DNA from: Schizochytrium sp. TIO01
Lineage: Eukaryota > Protista > Bigyra: Labyrinthulomycetes
DNA: 64,000 nucleotides
NCBI GenBank assembly: GCA_004764695.1
Contig: SMSO01000034.1
Coordinates: 4,216,001 to 4,280,000 of the forward strand
Direction: 5' to 3'
Shown: one piece after another, positions 20,666 through 31,691 of the stretch
Layout: every line of letters begins with the position of its first letter
How positions within the stretch are numbered: position 1 is the first letter of the stretch
Position numbers and translations under genes: made by a program
The notes under the pieces: generated by a model
Database searches by the model: none
What the model was told of the DNA's origin: nothing
Seen by the model: the letters and a program-made list of their open reading frames with translations, nothing else

Positions 20666-22227
20666 TTACTTGCTCTCACGAGCAATTACAGAGCTGGAGT
20701 TTATTTCACAACCATAACTTCCCATGCATGAGGCCGGTCGAAAACCAAGCGAAGATGAGCAGCCCGGACAAATAATAGGTGATTTACTCATTTCATTGAC
20801 TTTTTCGCACGGCATCCACTGCAAGGGCTGGCCCAAGACAAGTTGCTCCTGGGCAAGCATGTCTCGGACAATACAATCATCCAAACGGACGAGACTTTCA
20901 AGTTTGCGATAGTGAGACGAGTCGGCATCAAATGTAAGAGCAGACAGACGTTCAGTTCGCTCGAGCATTACATGAAAGTGAGACGCTGGCGAGGCACGGA
21001 GGGGCAACATCCTACTAGCTGGGCGTGGTATATCGTCATCAAGATGCGGCGAAAATGCCTCTTCTTCCTCCTCTTCTTCACTGTCGTCCTGGCTTGGCAT
21101 CTGTTCTCCATCCTCTTCTTCACCCTCTTCCTCAAACTCTTGGTTGTCATCGTCTTCATCACCAACATCGCGACAGCAGGCTGTAGTATGTGTAGTGCTT
21201 GGAAGGAGGACATCTGCGGAATGAAAAAGGGGTACCTTGCAATTGCGGCAGGCAAATTCAAGATCCATGGTGAGCATGCGAGGTAAGCAAATAGGCTCTG
21301 AACTGGAATGCAAATGAAGAGTTGATGAGGAAGGCCTATGAGCACGTGTTCGCGGAAGACCGAGAGACGCGCGAGCCTGAACATAGAGTTGATGAGCTTG
21401 ATGAGCATTGCCTCGGGCATCTTCAAAATATTGAAGTTGCTCTTGAAAGCCAGGGTTCATTGACACGACCGGACGTCTTGACTTCACAAGCAAAAGGGCT
21501 TCTTCATACTTCATACCCTGCGATTTCATTAAGTAAGCTACTACGAGTGCTGCGGACCTCGATCGTCCGAACGAACAATGAACTAGAACAGCACCGCGAC
21601 GAGATGACAAATCAGTTTCCTGGTTTTGCTGACCTTGAGGTTGGTATGCCTCAAGAACAGCGTGAATAAAAGTATTTGAGATTGGGATCGATGAAAAGAG
21701 GTTTGTATACTCTCTATAAGTTAAAGGACGCGCATGCAAGGAGGTTAGTTGTTGTTAGTTAATATTCTCGTCTCTGATGCCAACCCGTTAGGTTACATTG
21801 CAACTTACTTGTCACGCATTCCCAACGTCAAATAGGTAAACAACCTCGGAAAAGTAGCCGGCAGACCTGTGGCGTTTACAATATGTGTGATACCAGCATT
21901 CTTCAGAGCTTGATCATTGAATGCACAGTGAATTGATCCAATATAAAGACCAGGAATGATCTCAATAGGGGCATCATCCTTGCAAATTGCCTTGTCAAGG
22001 CTTGCAGGCTTACGCATAACAAGCTTGCTGCGGAAGCTGGCCTTGTTGAGCTGTCTTTTTTTAGCCTGGGAATGATGGTGGCGTGATGGGATTTGTTTTA
22101 AAGAATATTTGTCAAACTCGGGAGCAGCAGCGACGAGAGCATCGCGAAGATCACCATCATCAATTTCTCCGCTAGTTTTGTGCACTGCTGACGTCACAAG
22201 CGTCGGCGCAGCATAGATGCGGTCCAT
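20666..22227 (-). CDS. Dual-specificity phosphatase, DUSP12/YVH1-like, 488 aa, exons 22227-21809 and 21713-20666
   Basis: Exon 1 has EIIPGLYIGS and GITHIVNAT. Exon 2 has the catalytic loop VHCSFGRSRS, RRPVVSMNPGFQEQL and a C-terminal Zn-domain pattern FACRNC..PLQWM..ICPGC. The joined length of 1467 nt is in frame. Confidence 0.85.
21714..21808 (-). other. Spliceosomal intron (95 nt) in the phosphatase gene
   Basis: Minus strand GTAAGT donor, ACTAAC branch site, CTTATAG acceptor; joins MRDK to EYTNLF. Confidence 0.9.
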
Positions 22228-25200
22228 AATATGAGTTGAGCACAGCTACGTTCAGTCTTTGGGTCGATGGAGAGGAGAAGGATTAGCGTCAAAGCCTTGA
22301 TTGCATAAGTTGAAGGTTTGCTTCACAGGATCACAGGATCGAAAAAATAGGATTTGCTTGTTCTTGGTGCGCTTCCCAGGCACAATGTCTTTTACACCGC
22401 GTGCAACGACCTGCGTGATTATATTGCAGGGTTACTGGCCGGTTTGGCCTGAATATACAATTGAAATAGGGCACAAATTGTTCGGAATTTGCGCAAGGTG
22501 TGGCGCTGCTTACACTAGACGCTGCGTATGCTAGGAGCTTGAAGCGCCCCTTGAACAAGGGTTTGTTGCTTGCTAAAAGTCAATTTTGCTTGCGTTTCCT
22601 GTGTGTCAAGACAAGGCCGTACACACGGTCTTTGGCCTTGTCTTCTCGTCACGTTTGCAGAAACGCGTTACTACACCGAACTAATAGATGAATGTCCTTA
22701 TTCGTCTGCCCTTTTACACCTTTTCAAGTTTAACAACTACTAGCCTTGTTAGTCTCAATATTTTACTCAGTTAAGAGTTCGATTCTAAACCAAGACACGT
22801 CTTTCCTGTAAGCAAATAAATGTTGTTCTAGGAAAGCTATGAGAGGAGGATGTAAGTTACCTCCCGACCGTGCACACATACACACTCTCAATCTCAGCTA
22901 CGCGGTGCAGTTCTACCTATGTTACATCAAGTTACATATCACCGACTCCCTACAAATCCTCGCACGCTCGCGTGCCGGGAGAGGAGTCCTCTTACTGGTG
23001 CGCGATCCGTTGAACGAGGCGTTGGCGGCGCCGAGCCTCCGCGGTAGTACCTTAGCTTCGTGTTAAGACAGATGTGATGTGTCCCGATCTCTCCCAGAGC
23101 TGGCAAACTCACCGAAAGCTTCGAATGGAACGTGCGCACACCTTCGATTATGGTTGATGTTGCCATCTATCGTTTGCAGGTGAGGCCGGGCAAAATCATG
23201 AGTGCCTGTGAGGGACAGCTTCAGTTGCTTGCAACCACTGGGTCGACTGGGGCAGGTTTGCTATAGAGGTTCTCTTCGCGGGAAGATATGCCTTTATCTT
23301 GACGGCGCATCTCATCTCACAAGAGACAAGATTGGAACAGGTAGAGGAGAGTAAGATGGAGGAGGCAGAGACTCGGCGCTGGGAACTTTGGCCAATCCTC
23401 TTTGCAGTCGGTCTGAGCTAGATTTTATTTGGGGAAGTAGGCGAAGGCAGACAAGATGGCAGGTAGTTTAACTGATGTTGGAAAATAAGCGTGAAAGGAG
23501 AGAAACAGATAGGTTCCGGGAGAATAATAATTAGAACTTAAAATCAGAAGTACCGTCGGATACCATATCGATGTAGTAAAATATGAAGAGCGTCCTTGAA
23601 GCGAGACATGATGCATTGTGGTAAGTACAAAACGATTTCTACTGTGGAAAACAGGGATGTGAAACGCACTCCATGCCACGCGTCATGAAGTTGTGCAACT
23701 ACAACTATATATTATTTGAGAACTCCAAGAATGTATTGTATACTAGATCATGCCCCTTGCCTGATAGAAAGCAAACGTCTGTGATGTTATCGCTCTGGCA
23801 CGTGCTCTTTTCGATCGTTTCGAGCTGGCTCCAGGCCGTATTGATTTACCTATGCCAGCCAATTAACTTTCCTTTGTCAAGCTGCTGTACCGACTATGGC
23901 CGTCTAGTCTCAAGCTCAGACCGTCCACAAGGTAAACAACTGCTGGCACAACCTATCTTCCTGTATGAGCTTTCTCCCAACAATTTCCTGCCTATCTACC
24001 TAGTACCTACTCAAATCATTCAAGACTCAAGCCGAGAGGTGCATATTTACCAATAATTAACGAAGACGCTCCTATTACTACCATGGCTGTGCCGCAATAA
24101 TCTCCATACTTTCAGAAAAATAAATAGACAAATAAATAAATAACTTTGCTTCTCTCTTCATAGCTAGCTGTCTTGGTCCCGTTTCGGTCTTTCAGGTCTT
24201 TCATGCTGAAGATAGCCGCTAAGTCTACCTAGCAAAGTCTTATTGTGCAAGTAAGTATGCCTGGAACTTCTGGCAGTTCTCCACATAAGTAACAGTGGTA
24301 ACGCGTAACCATCGCTCGCTAGCTCAAAGAAAGTGGTGAAACCACCGTCAGTTCTCTCTAGTCAATTAGTTTTCTCTCGCTGGAAAGGAATAAGCTTGGT
24401 GTAATTATCTTCAGTCTTCCTTCCGGTTGCCTGCGCCTTGTCTATGTTATTTATTTGCCTAATTGCTCCCTAAATACCTCTAGAGAGATAAAAAAGTGCT
24501 AGAGCGATAGCACCTAGGGAAATTAAGTTATCAAATTGAAAAAGCAATAGAACCTCCCAAGAAAATAATTATGGACTTCAGGTTATGGGCAATTGGCCTA
24601 AGTGAGAATGGCCACTATGAAACAACTGAAAACATTCATCTAACCAATGCATCGCAAAGATCGAACTCATAACAGGAAATAGACGTGCTTCCTTTCTATG
24701 TATCAGCGCCAAGGAAACGTGCAGAAGACAGCACGGGTGCTCCAATCGCCTGTTAGCCTTAGATCCAGCCACCGAAGCTCAGCACAAAGTAAGGCCCTCA
24801 AGGCGCGGCCGCAGCCTTTTGTTATAGAGGAAGGCCATCTGACATTGGTCAAAATGTATGAAAGAAACAAATAAAGAAAGAAACAAAGAAACAGACAAAA
24901 ATAAGAAACAACAAATGAAGGAGGGAAAAAAGAAAAAAGAAAAAAAAAACGAACTTGGAAAAAAGGGTCCGTTAATCCGAGCACAGCTTGCCCTTACAAA
25001 TTACTCGGCTCACTACTATTGCTAGTACTTTAAGAATGCTCTTCCTTAGGCGGAGCTGGAGAAGAGCACGCGAATAGAGAAAAGCATGCAAGCTAGCAAG
25101 TCTCGGCTCACATTGCAGAACAGGCAACGGAGCGAGTTCGTTGGCGAGAGCGAGCAATAGTAGCGCAAGAGTAGCGCAAGAGCAGTTATTGCAAACCACC

Positions 25201-25509
25201 CTCGGAAAGTTGGATGCTCCGTTTGCGTGTCAAGAAGACGAAACTGAGCTAGGTTGCTCAGACCGAGCACAGTACAAGGAAAAACGAACGTTGTCTAAAC
25301 AGTTCCACTCGTACGAAAGGTCGAAACGCAAGATAACGAGAGTACGCGAGATAAAACGAGACGATTAGTAGCATTGCGATAAGACGGGAGGGCACGGTCC
25401 GGAGGTAACTGTGACGACCGAAAATCAGGTCTTAGACCTCATAAGAAAGGAGTCAGACCGCTCATACAAGCGGAGGTTTTGATTTGTTAGAACAAGAGAA
25501 ACAGCGAAG

Positions 25510-26268
25510 ATGATTGAAGATGATACAGCGTTTGGAATTATCAGTTGGGAGATAGTGGATGATATGGTGCGTGAGCTCAGTAAGATATCCGCGCAGATTG
25601 CACGCGTTGACCTAGGGAGCCTGCCGGAACGCATTGCCTCAGAAAAGAGAAAGTTGAAAAGTCTTTGTACAAAACATTCACAAGCATGCGAAGAGGTAGG
25701 CAAGGCCCGCCGCAGTGCACAGCGAGAAAAATCTGTCCTCGTAGAGTTACATGCGAAATTAGAGCAGGACCTGGCGACTATCAACGACGAAGATGCTGAT
25801 CATGTCTCAAAACGAAATGTCATAAATGTCGAGATTGCCCAGGTAAGGAAAAAGCTTGAGACCAAACGTACCCAGCATGAACAGTTCTTGTCTACCCATA
25901 TCCAGGCTATGAAGAAGCGTGAGAGAATGATTCATGTGCAAGGAAAAACTGTTCGAAACCTTTTACATCGAAAGCTTGCATTGGGAGAAATTGCATTAGC
26001 TGGTTCAGGCTTTCGAACTGTTGATAACCGGCCTGAGGACGTGGTCGTTCCTAATTTTACAAACAAAAAGTCTTCACGACATCGTGCTGAGGTTGCTGTT
26101 AGTATGCATAAAGAAGCTGCGGAGATAGAAAGTGAACTAGGAATCACGGGGCAGGCACCAATCGGTAGTCCACATCGCAGTAAACCTCAGCCAGCAAAGC
26201 CAACAATTAAATCAGGTCGAAGTGTATCTAAAAAGACCAAGAAGAAGAAAGTCAAAGTTGTGATGTAA
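25510..26268 (+). CDS. Uncharacterised coiled-coil protein with basic C-terminal tail (possibly the 3' part of a decayed longer gene)
   Basis: 252-aa ORF with heptad-like charged helices. The same frame continues upstream through three stops. Confidence 0.55.
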   Translation: MIEDDTAFGIISWEIVDDMVRELSKISAQIARVDLGSLPERIASEKRKLKSLCTKHSQACEEVGKARRSAQREKSVLVELHAKLEQDLATINDEDADHVSKRNVINVEIAQVRKKLETKRTQHEQFLSTHIQAMKKRERMIHVQGKTVRNLLHRKLALGEIALAGSGFRTVDNRPEDVVVPNFTNKKSSRHRAEVAVSMHKEAAEIESELGITGQAPIGSPHRSKPQPAKPTIKSGRSVSKKTKKKKVKVVM

Positions 26269-26700
26269 TTTTTGTTTAAAGAGGCTACAATGTAATTTTG
26301 TATATTAAGAAATACTTCTTAATAGGTTTACCATCGCATCTGCAGGGGCCGATGTGCTGGGCTTTTTCAATGTGCACAAGACTCTACCGAAAAGATTTGT
26401 CACCACAAAATCATCTAACGCGAGAGATTAATAATAAAATAACATAAGATATGTCGAGAAATATCTTTCTTTAAACTAAAGTTTGACTATTGAAGGAAAA
26501 GAACTCCCTTATTTAAAAAATCGACAATATACGCTAGGATTCTGGTACTCTGGCGTTAAACTTGAGAACTTATTTTGCATCTCTGCAAAGAAGAAAACTC
26601 GGCCTTCGTTTACTACGTCCAATTTCTCAAAATTGAGCGTCTTTTTCTACAACAGAAGGTTGAGTATCCTTGGACTCTCTCTCTTATATGATATACACCT

Positions 26701-29463
26701 TTACTTCTCTGTAAGTTCACGGAAACCCTTCCATGATTTAGGAGCCTCAAAATCGTATTGCTCCATAACCCCAAGCAGAGATACGGACGGTCCATCTTCT
26801 GGCTTTTCAAGCAAGACAGACTCCAACATACGCCGAGAAGATGCCCAATCGCCAGAAAGATATGCTGAAACAGCTTCGCCAAATTTGGCCAAGAAGCCAT
26901 CTGGAAGGGTACTTTGAATGAACTCCATCTCCGGGCCGTCAAAGTCAAAGGGAAGACGTCTTGGCTTGGGACCTGAGTTGTCAAATTTGGGCTCGCCAAA
27001 TTCTTCTGGGAAGTTAACAACATCACAAGTAAACAATCCCATTGGTTGAATACTACCTTTGACTGTGACTCGATCAATTTTACGGCATCTCTTACGAGCT
27101 TTGGCGGAGAGAGCATCGTAAAAGTCTTCAGAAAGGAGTAAAGGCGTACGGAACTGTTTTGTAGCGGCCTCCAGACGGGATGCCATATTAACATTTGGAC
27201 TGAGGTAGGATGCATCAATTTTGTAGTGACTTCCAATAGCACCTTCGATAGCCCAGCCAATATGAAGACCCATTCCCAAGCGAATTTCAAAGTTGTTCTC
27301 ACCAAAGCGCTTGCGAATAGCAGGATGATCCTTGTAATCATGAAGGCAACCACCAGCTGCGTTCTCTCTCTTGAGATCAATCATGGATTTCAAAAATGCA
27401 ATCAAAGCATTATCAGACATGTTTCCACCATCATAGGTGACGTGGCGCTTACCATCATTCACCTTCCAGACTAACAAGAACGCATCACCGATATTTTTGT
27501 TTGCAGCACCATACCAGACATGGGTAGCCTCATGAACAATTGCACCCACCCGGTTAACGTAAACCATGACCTTTTCTTGCAGGCATTCGGTTGTATCAGT
27601 AAAATTGCGAATATCACAGAAACCAAACACAGCCTCCATCTTTACACCATCACACATAGGCTCGATGCCAGCATTGTTAGACATGTTCTTTGCAATGATC
27701 TCGCTACCTGCTTCACCAAAACCAATCTGTAAGAGCTGACCAATCTTTGCGATCGTGTTCTGAAGAAGAACAGTTTCATCATCGTCGTCATGCTTAGTAG
27801 CTACCTGAAGATTGCTGCTTCCCATGGGGTTCTCAGCAAGTTGCTGAACGCTACGGACCATTCTCTCAATCGGGCGAATGACGAGCTGTTCAGCGTCAGC
27901 AGAGATCATGAGAGAACCAAAGGTAAGAACACACATTACAAAGATCGTCTGGATGATGTTAAGACCAGCCGAGAGTCTAGCATCTGATTTGACATCAAAA
28001 TATGCATATGAGCTGCAATTAGTCACATAAGGATCGAGATAATCGCCCTCAACATTATAACATTCAACGGCATAAGATGCCTCATACTCGGTTTCGCGGA
28101 ATTTATCCCTCAGAGAATCAACATCATCAAAGATGTTTGTAAGTGGGGTGTAATCCTCGTCATTTGTAGTCATGTGCTCCCCATCTTCCGTGGGCCACCA
28201 CGTGGCTTTGGCTGTATCAATCAGAGTCTGGTGTTCAGCACTTGTTTCGCCATACAGAGAAAAAAAGATCAGCCTTCCACCCTCAATACCACTGGTGTAT
28301 TGATGAATTTCTTCCTCGAGACCATACGTCTCCATGAAAGATGTAAGAGAGACGTTTTCAGCGTGTTGCTTGTAACGTTGGAACTGGAGATGCAATCTGT
28401 ATAGACCATAGGTTCCATGCGGAGATTCAGAGACCCACATACCAATGTCAAAAAGCTGTACAAAAATCAACATTGACAAAACAACAGTGATAACTCGTTG
28501 CATTGTCTTTTCGCTGAGCTTTTTTCCAACCAAAGACGGATTCTCTTCAGCAGCAACCTCGTTGTTGTCACGATTGGATACTTTGTACAGCTTTACGACT
28601 CGGACAAGACGAACAAGACGAACGATACGTACAATGCGGGATGATTTTGTGCCTACGCGACTAGCCTGAATTGCGTCTATGGCCTCTTGGCTGTTCGCTG
28701 TAGTGCCACCTGCGAGAACGGCTTCAAGAAAAGGGTTCCAAATAAACCCAATATCAGAAACCATTGTAACTGTAGCGAGAATATCAAGCCAAAAGTAAAA
28801 GCTACGAAAATAATGTGGCTTTGCAGCAGTAAAGATGATAAGCTCAGTGGTAAAGGCCAGTAACGCAATAAAAGATAGCGAGTAGAAGAAGTTGTCGAAC
28901 TTCTTTGCAAAAAGAGCAATACGCAAATCATCTCCGAAGAGCGCATACACTGTAAGGGTAGAGATAAATGTTGTCCACAGTCTACCCTCTAGGAATAGAT
29001 AGGATCGTAACATGCAGGTCATCGGAGGTGGATTTGGGGATGCCGTGACAGCCTGCTTGGAACGAGATTTGTTGAGGTCATCTTGCGATGTGACTGCGCT
29101 TTCAGAAAGAATGGCTCGGTTGGAGTCCTTTTGCATAAGTTCGCCGGATGCCGGCGTGACCTTGCTAGCACCTGGCATGGTGTCCAAGTCTTGGCGAGAA
29201 CGTGCCCAAACCCCTTCGCGGGAGCCCTTTTCACTGGAGCCCCTTTCGCCGCCCAAGGGGACGACGCGGCTACTAGATTTGCTGACCAGGCCAGAAGTTT
29301 TGAGTGTGGGAAGCTGTTTAACACTGGCTGTCAAACGAATTTCGTCAGATTTAGCGCGGGAGTGTTTAAAGCTGCGCGCGAACGCCAGCTTAGGGGGGGT
29401 GGAGTTCTCTTCCAGTTCTTCTTCTTTACGTATCTTATCCCAGCGAAATTCTTCTTTTTCCAT
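26701..29463 (-). CDS. Ion-channel/voltage-sensor class III adenylyl cyclase (Paramecium/Plasmodium ACalpha type)
   Basis: Six TM segments with S4 RIVRIVRLVRLVRVVK, then a HAMP-like IRPIERMV segment and IGFGEAG. The cyclase domain has FCDIRNFT, ANKNIGDAF and KIDASYLSPNVNMASRLE, with the K and D ATP-specifying residues. TPR-like C-terminus. Confidence 0.92.
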   Translation of the reverse strand: MEKEEFRWDKIRKEEELEENSTPPKLAFARSFKHSRAKSDEIRLTASVKQLPTLKTSGLVSKSSSRVVPLGGERGSSEKGSREGVWARSRQDLDTMPGASKVTPASGELMQKDSNRAILSESAVTSQDDLNKSRSKQAVTASPNPPPMTCMLRSYLFLEGRLWTTFISTLTVYALFGDDLRIALFAKKFDNFFYSLSFIALLAFTTELIIFTAAKPHYFRSFYFWLDILATVTMVSDIGFIWNPFLEAVLAGGTTANSQEAIDAIQASRVGTKSSRIVRIVRLVRLVRVVKLYKVSNRDNNEVAAEENPSLVGKKLSEKTMQRVITVVLSMLIFVQLFDIGMWVSESPHGTYGLYRLHLQFQRYKQHAENVSLTSFMETYGLEEEIHQYTSGIEGGRLIFFSLYGETSAEHQTLIDTAKATWWPTEDGEHMTTNDEDYTPLTNIFDDVDSLRDKFRETEYEASYAVECYNVEGDYLDPYVTNCSSYAYFDVKSDARLSAGLNIIQTIFVMCVLTFGSLMISADAEQLVIRPIERMVRSVQQLAENPMGSSNLQVATKHDDDDETVLLQNTIAKIGQLLQIGFGEAGSEIIAKNMSNNAGIEPMCDGVKMEAVFGFCDIRNFTDTTECLQEKVMVYVNRVGAIVHEATHVWYGAANKNIGDAFLLVWKVNDGKRHVTYDGGNMSDNALIAFLKSMIDLKRENAAGGCLHDYKDHPAIRKRFGENNFEIRLGMGLHIGWAIEGAIGSHYKIDASYLSPNVNMASRLEAATKQFRTPLLLSEDFYDALSAKARKRCRKIDRVTVKGSIQPMGLFTCDVVNFPEEFGEPKFDNSGPKPRRLPFDFDGPEMEFIQSTLPDGFLAKFGEAVSAYLSGDWASSRRMLESVLLEKPEDGPSVSLLGVMEQYDFEAPKSWKGFRELTEK

Positions 29464-30019
29464 GAACTCGATTCATCAAATCTCAAGCGCGTGTCTAGCC
29501 GGCTCGTCTACTACGAGTCCGGCAGCACTGCACCGTAAATGCTACTTCTAGGCGAGACGAAATTGGCAAGGAGGAATTGAAATCAACGCGATTTAGCAAT
29601 TAGTTGCAACTACCGCGTTTCCTTGCTTTCTCTCGACTAGAAAGTCTCTAGCAAAGGCTGTTTCGAGGATCAGATTTAACCAGCTTTTGCGAAATTTCTC
29701 AACCAATCGCTTTGTTTGGCTTGCTTATTTCCCCTTCCTCCGTATGCAAACAGGATACACGAGAATAAAGCACTCTCGACTCCGCCCAGCTCCTAATAGC
29801 ACACCTCAAGAATTCTTAGTAGACGTTGCGTGGATTAAAGACTGTTTTTATTGAGCTTTGCTTTCTCCACTCCGCAGGCTTTGCTTGGCGTTGCGTGTCT
29901 GACGCAAGAAAGCTATCCTGACAAGCAAGAAAAACCAACTCCACAAGACAACTAGGTTGCTCTTGCGAGTGAAGAGTACTTCGATTTCAATTGGGTTTGT
30001 CGAGAATACAAAATCAACT

Positions 30020-30116
30020 AGACGCAGACACGCAGACACGCAGACACGCAGGCACGCAGGCACGCAGACACGCAGACACGCAGACACGCAGACACGCAGA
30101 CACGCAGATACGCAGG
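30020..30116. repeat. Minisatellite (ACGCAGAC)n, about 12 units with ACGCAGGC variants
   Basis: Directly visible 8-bp tandem repeat. Confidence 0.95.
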
Positions 30117-31691
30117 CAGGAAGGAAGGCGACAATGTATTATGGCGATGGTTGAGACCCTGACCAAGAATTCTAAAGTTCGCTTTCTTAGTAGAATATTA
30201 AGCGAGTCTACTTCAGAGAGATAAGGTATCAGCGGCATGCACGGTATCTCCTGTTTCTAGCCTGAGGCAGTGTCTTCGTGAAGGGGGTTCAACGGATCTG
30301 ATCATATTTTACTAACAATAATAACGGCACACTGGATAACATCATGGTTTAGTAATAAAAAGGGGGACAGTGTAATAGCGGAACATGATGCACTATGAAG
30401 TATTCGTTGAGGTGTTATCTCAGTACAGCTTGCAAGTAGTGGAGTGAACTTTACTGACGAACTTCACATTCCATCAGAGTCAGTGCCATTTCTGTCTTTG
30501 GACTAAATTGTAAGTGAAAGCACTGCTGTGTTTCATTGCAAGAGAATGCTGATATCTCACACACCTGTTTAGTCGCAATCTCGGAACACTGAATAACCTT
30601 AGTAAGAGTCATGTCCAGGCTCGAAGAAAGCATGCTCGCGATCAGTTATTCCGAGCTTCATTCAAAAGGACTGTAATTTCGGCGCCTCTTATGAAAAGTA
30701 CCAAGTCCTGATGCCAAAGTACTTCGGGTTTCGACAAAATACAAACTTTGTAGAGGAAGCAAATATGGAGCTATCGGTTACATGCTCGAGTCTGTATTTT
30801 TAACACCATTTATTTCCAACCGCTCTTTTCTATATTTAACGCTCCTTTTTGCACTCAAGCTGCATGTTCAGATCATGGGTTCCAAGATTTCTATTGAAAG
30901 ACGCACTTTTTTAAATAGATGTACAAATTCGACTTGAAGTGTACTTCACCTCACATTGCGGCGCAAGAAGAGCTGGATCACTCTGCTAATAGCTTGCTTC
31001 TTTTTCTGTTAGTTAATGTCCTCTTGGAGAAACAATCCGCCCAACCCCTCTTTTGTCTACCTTGCAGCAATGCAGCTTCTTTGTGAGTTTGGAGGAAGTA
31101 AATCTCGCTAAGTCCTTCATTTTCAAGGGCTAAGGTTGATTTGACATGATGAGCCGCGCGAAATTCTATCAGGTTGGGGAAGCAAAAGAAAGAGGAAGAA
31201 AGAAAGCGAGAGCTCGGAAAGCTAAAGAATCCTGCTTGTATTACAACGAGTTTATTGTTGTTTTTAATTTTAAAAAAAGAGTTTTCAATTGTTTGTGTGA
31301 GTTTGGACTCATTTTGATTGACATAACGCTGCTTCCATTTCCTCAATGCTGTGTAGGTGCGCCTGCGGCAAAAGAACACCCCTCTGCCAGTGATCTGTTC
31401 GCAAAAAAGAAAAGAAAAGAAAAGAAAAAGACATTACATCAAAGAGATGGTATTATTTCGGATTAATGATCGTAACAAGAAAATTAAAATAAATAGTACA
31501 TCGGGTTCAGGCAAGAAATTCAACTTCAAATCCAGGCTGATTTCACAACCAACTTGGGAAAAGGAACAAATTTACGTATATCGATCCATGGATTAGAGTC
31601 TCCTTGACAAGCAACCCTCCTCTTAGCTATTTTCTCTCCTATTTATTCTTTTTCTTTTAAAATTCTAGTCTATTAGTGTGCGCTTTCTCCC

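Noticed and set aside
23437-24010. Loose inverted similarity between ~23437-23517 and ~23950-24010 (possible MITE)
   Set aside because: The match is gappy and built from the GTAG/GATA/GGCA words common in this genome; no TSD seen.
25366-25482. Stop-codon readthrough or selenocysteine explanation for the in-frame stops
   Set aside because: Mixed TAG TAG and TGA plus an indel fit decay better. Other genes here use TAA, TAG and TGA as normal stops.
26613-27380. 255-aa alternative-frame ORF overlapping the cyclase
   Set aside because: Same-strand off-frame shadow with no motif.
29848-30238. Short ORFs with repeating ADTQTRRH / VSACLRVC peptides
   Set aside because: Translations of the 8-bp minisatellite.
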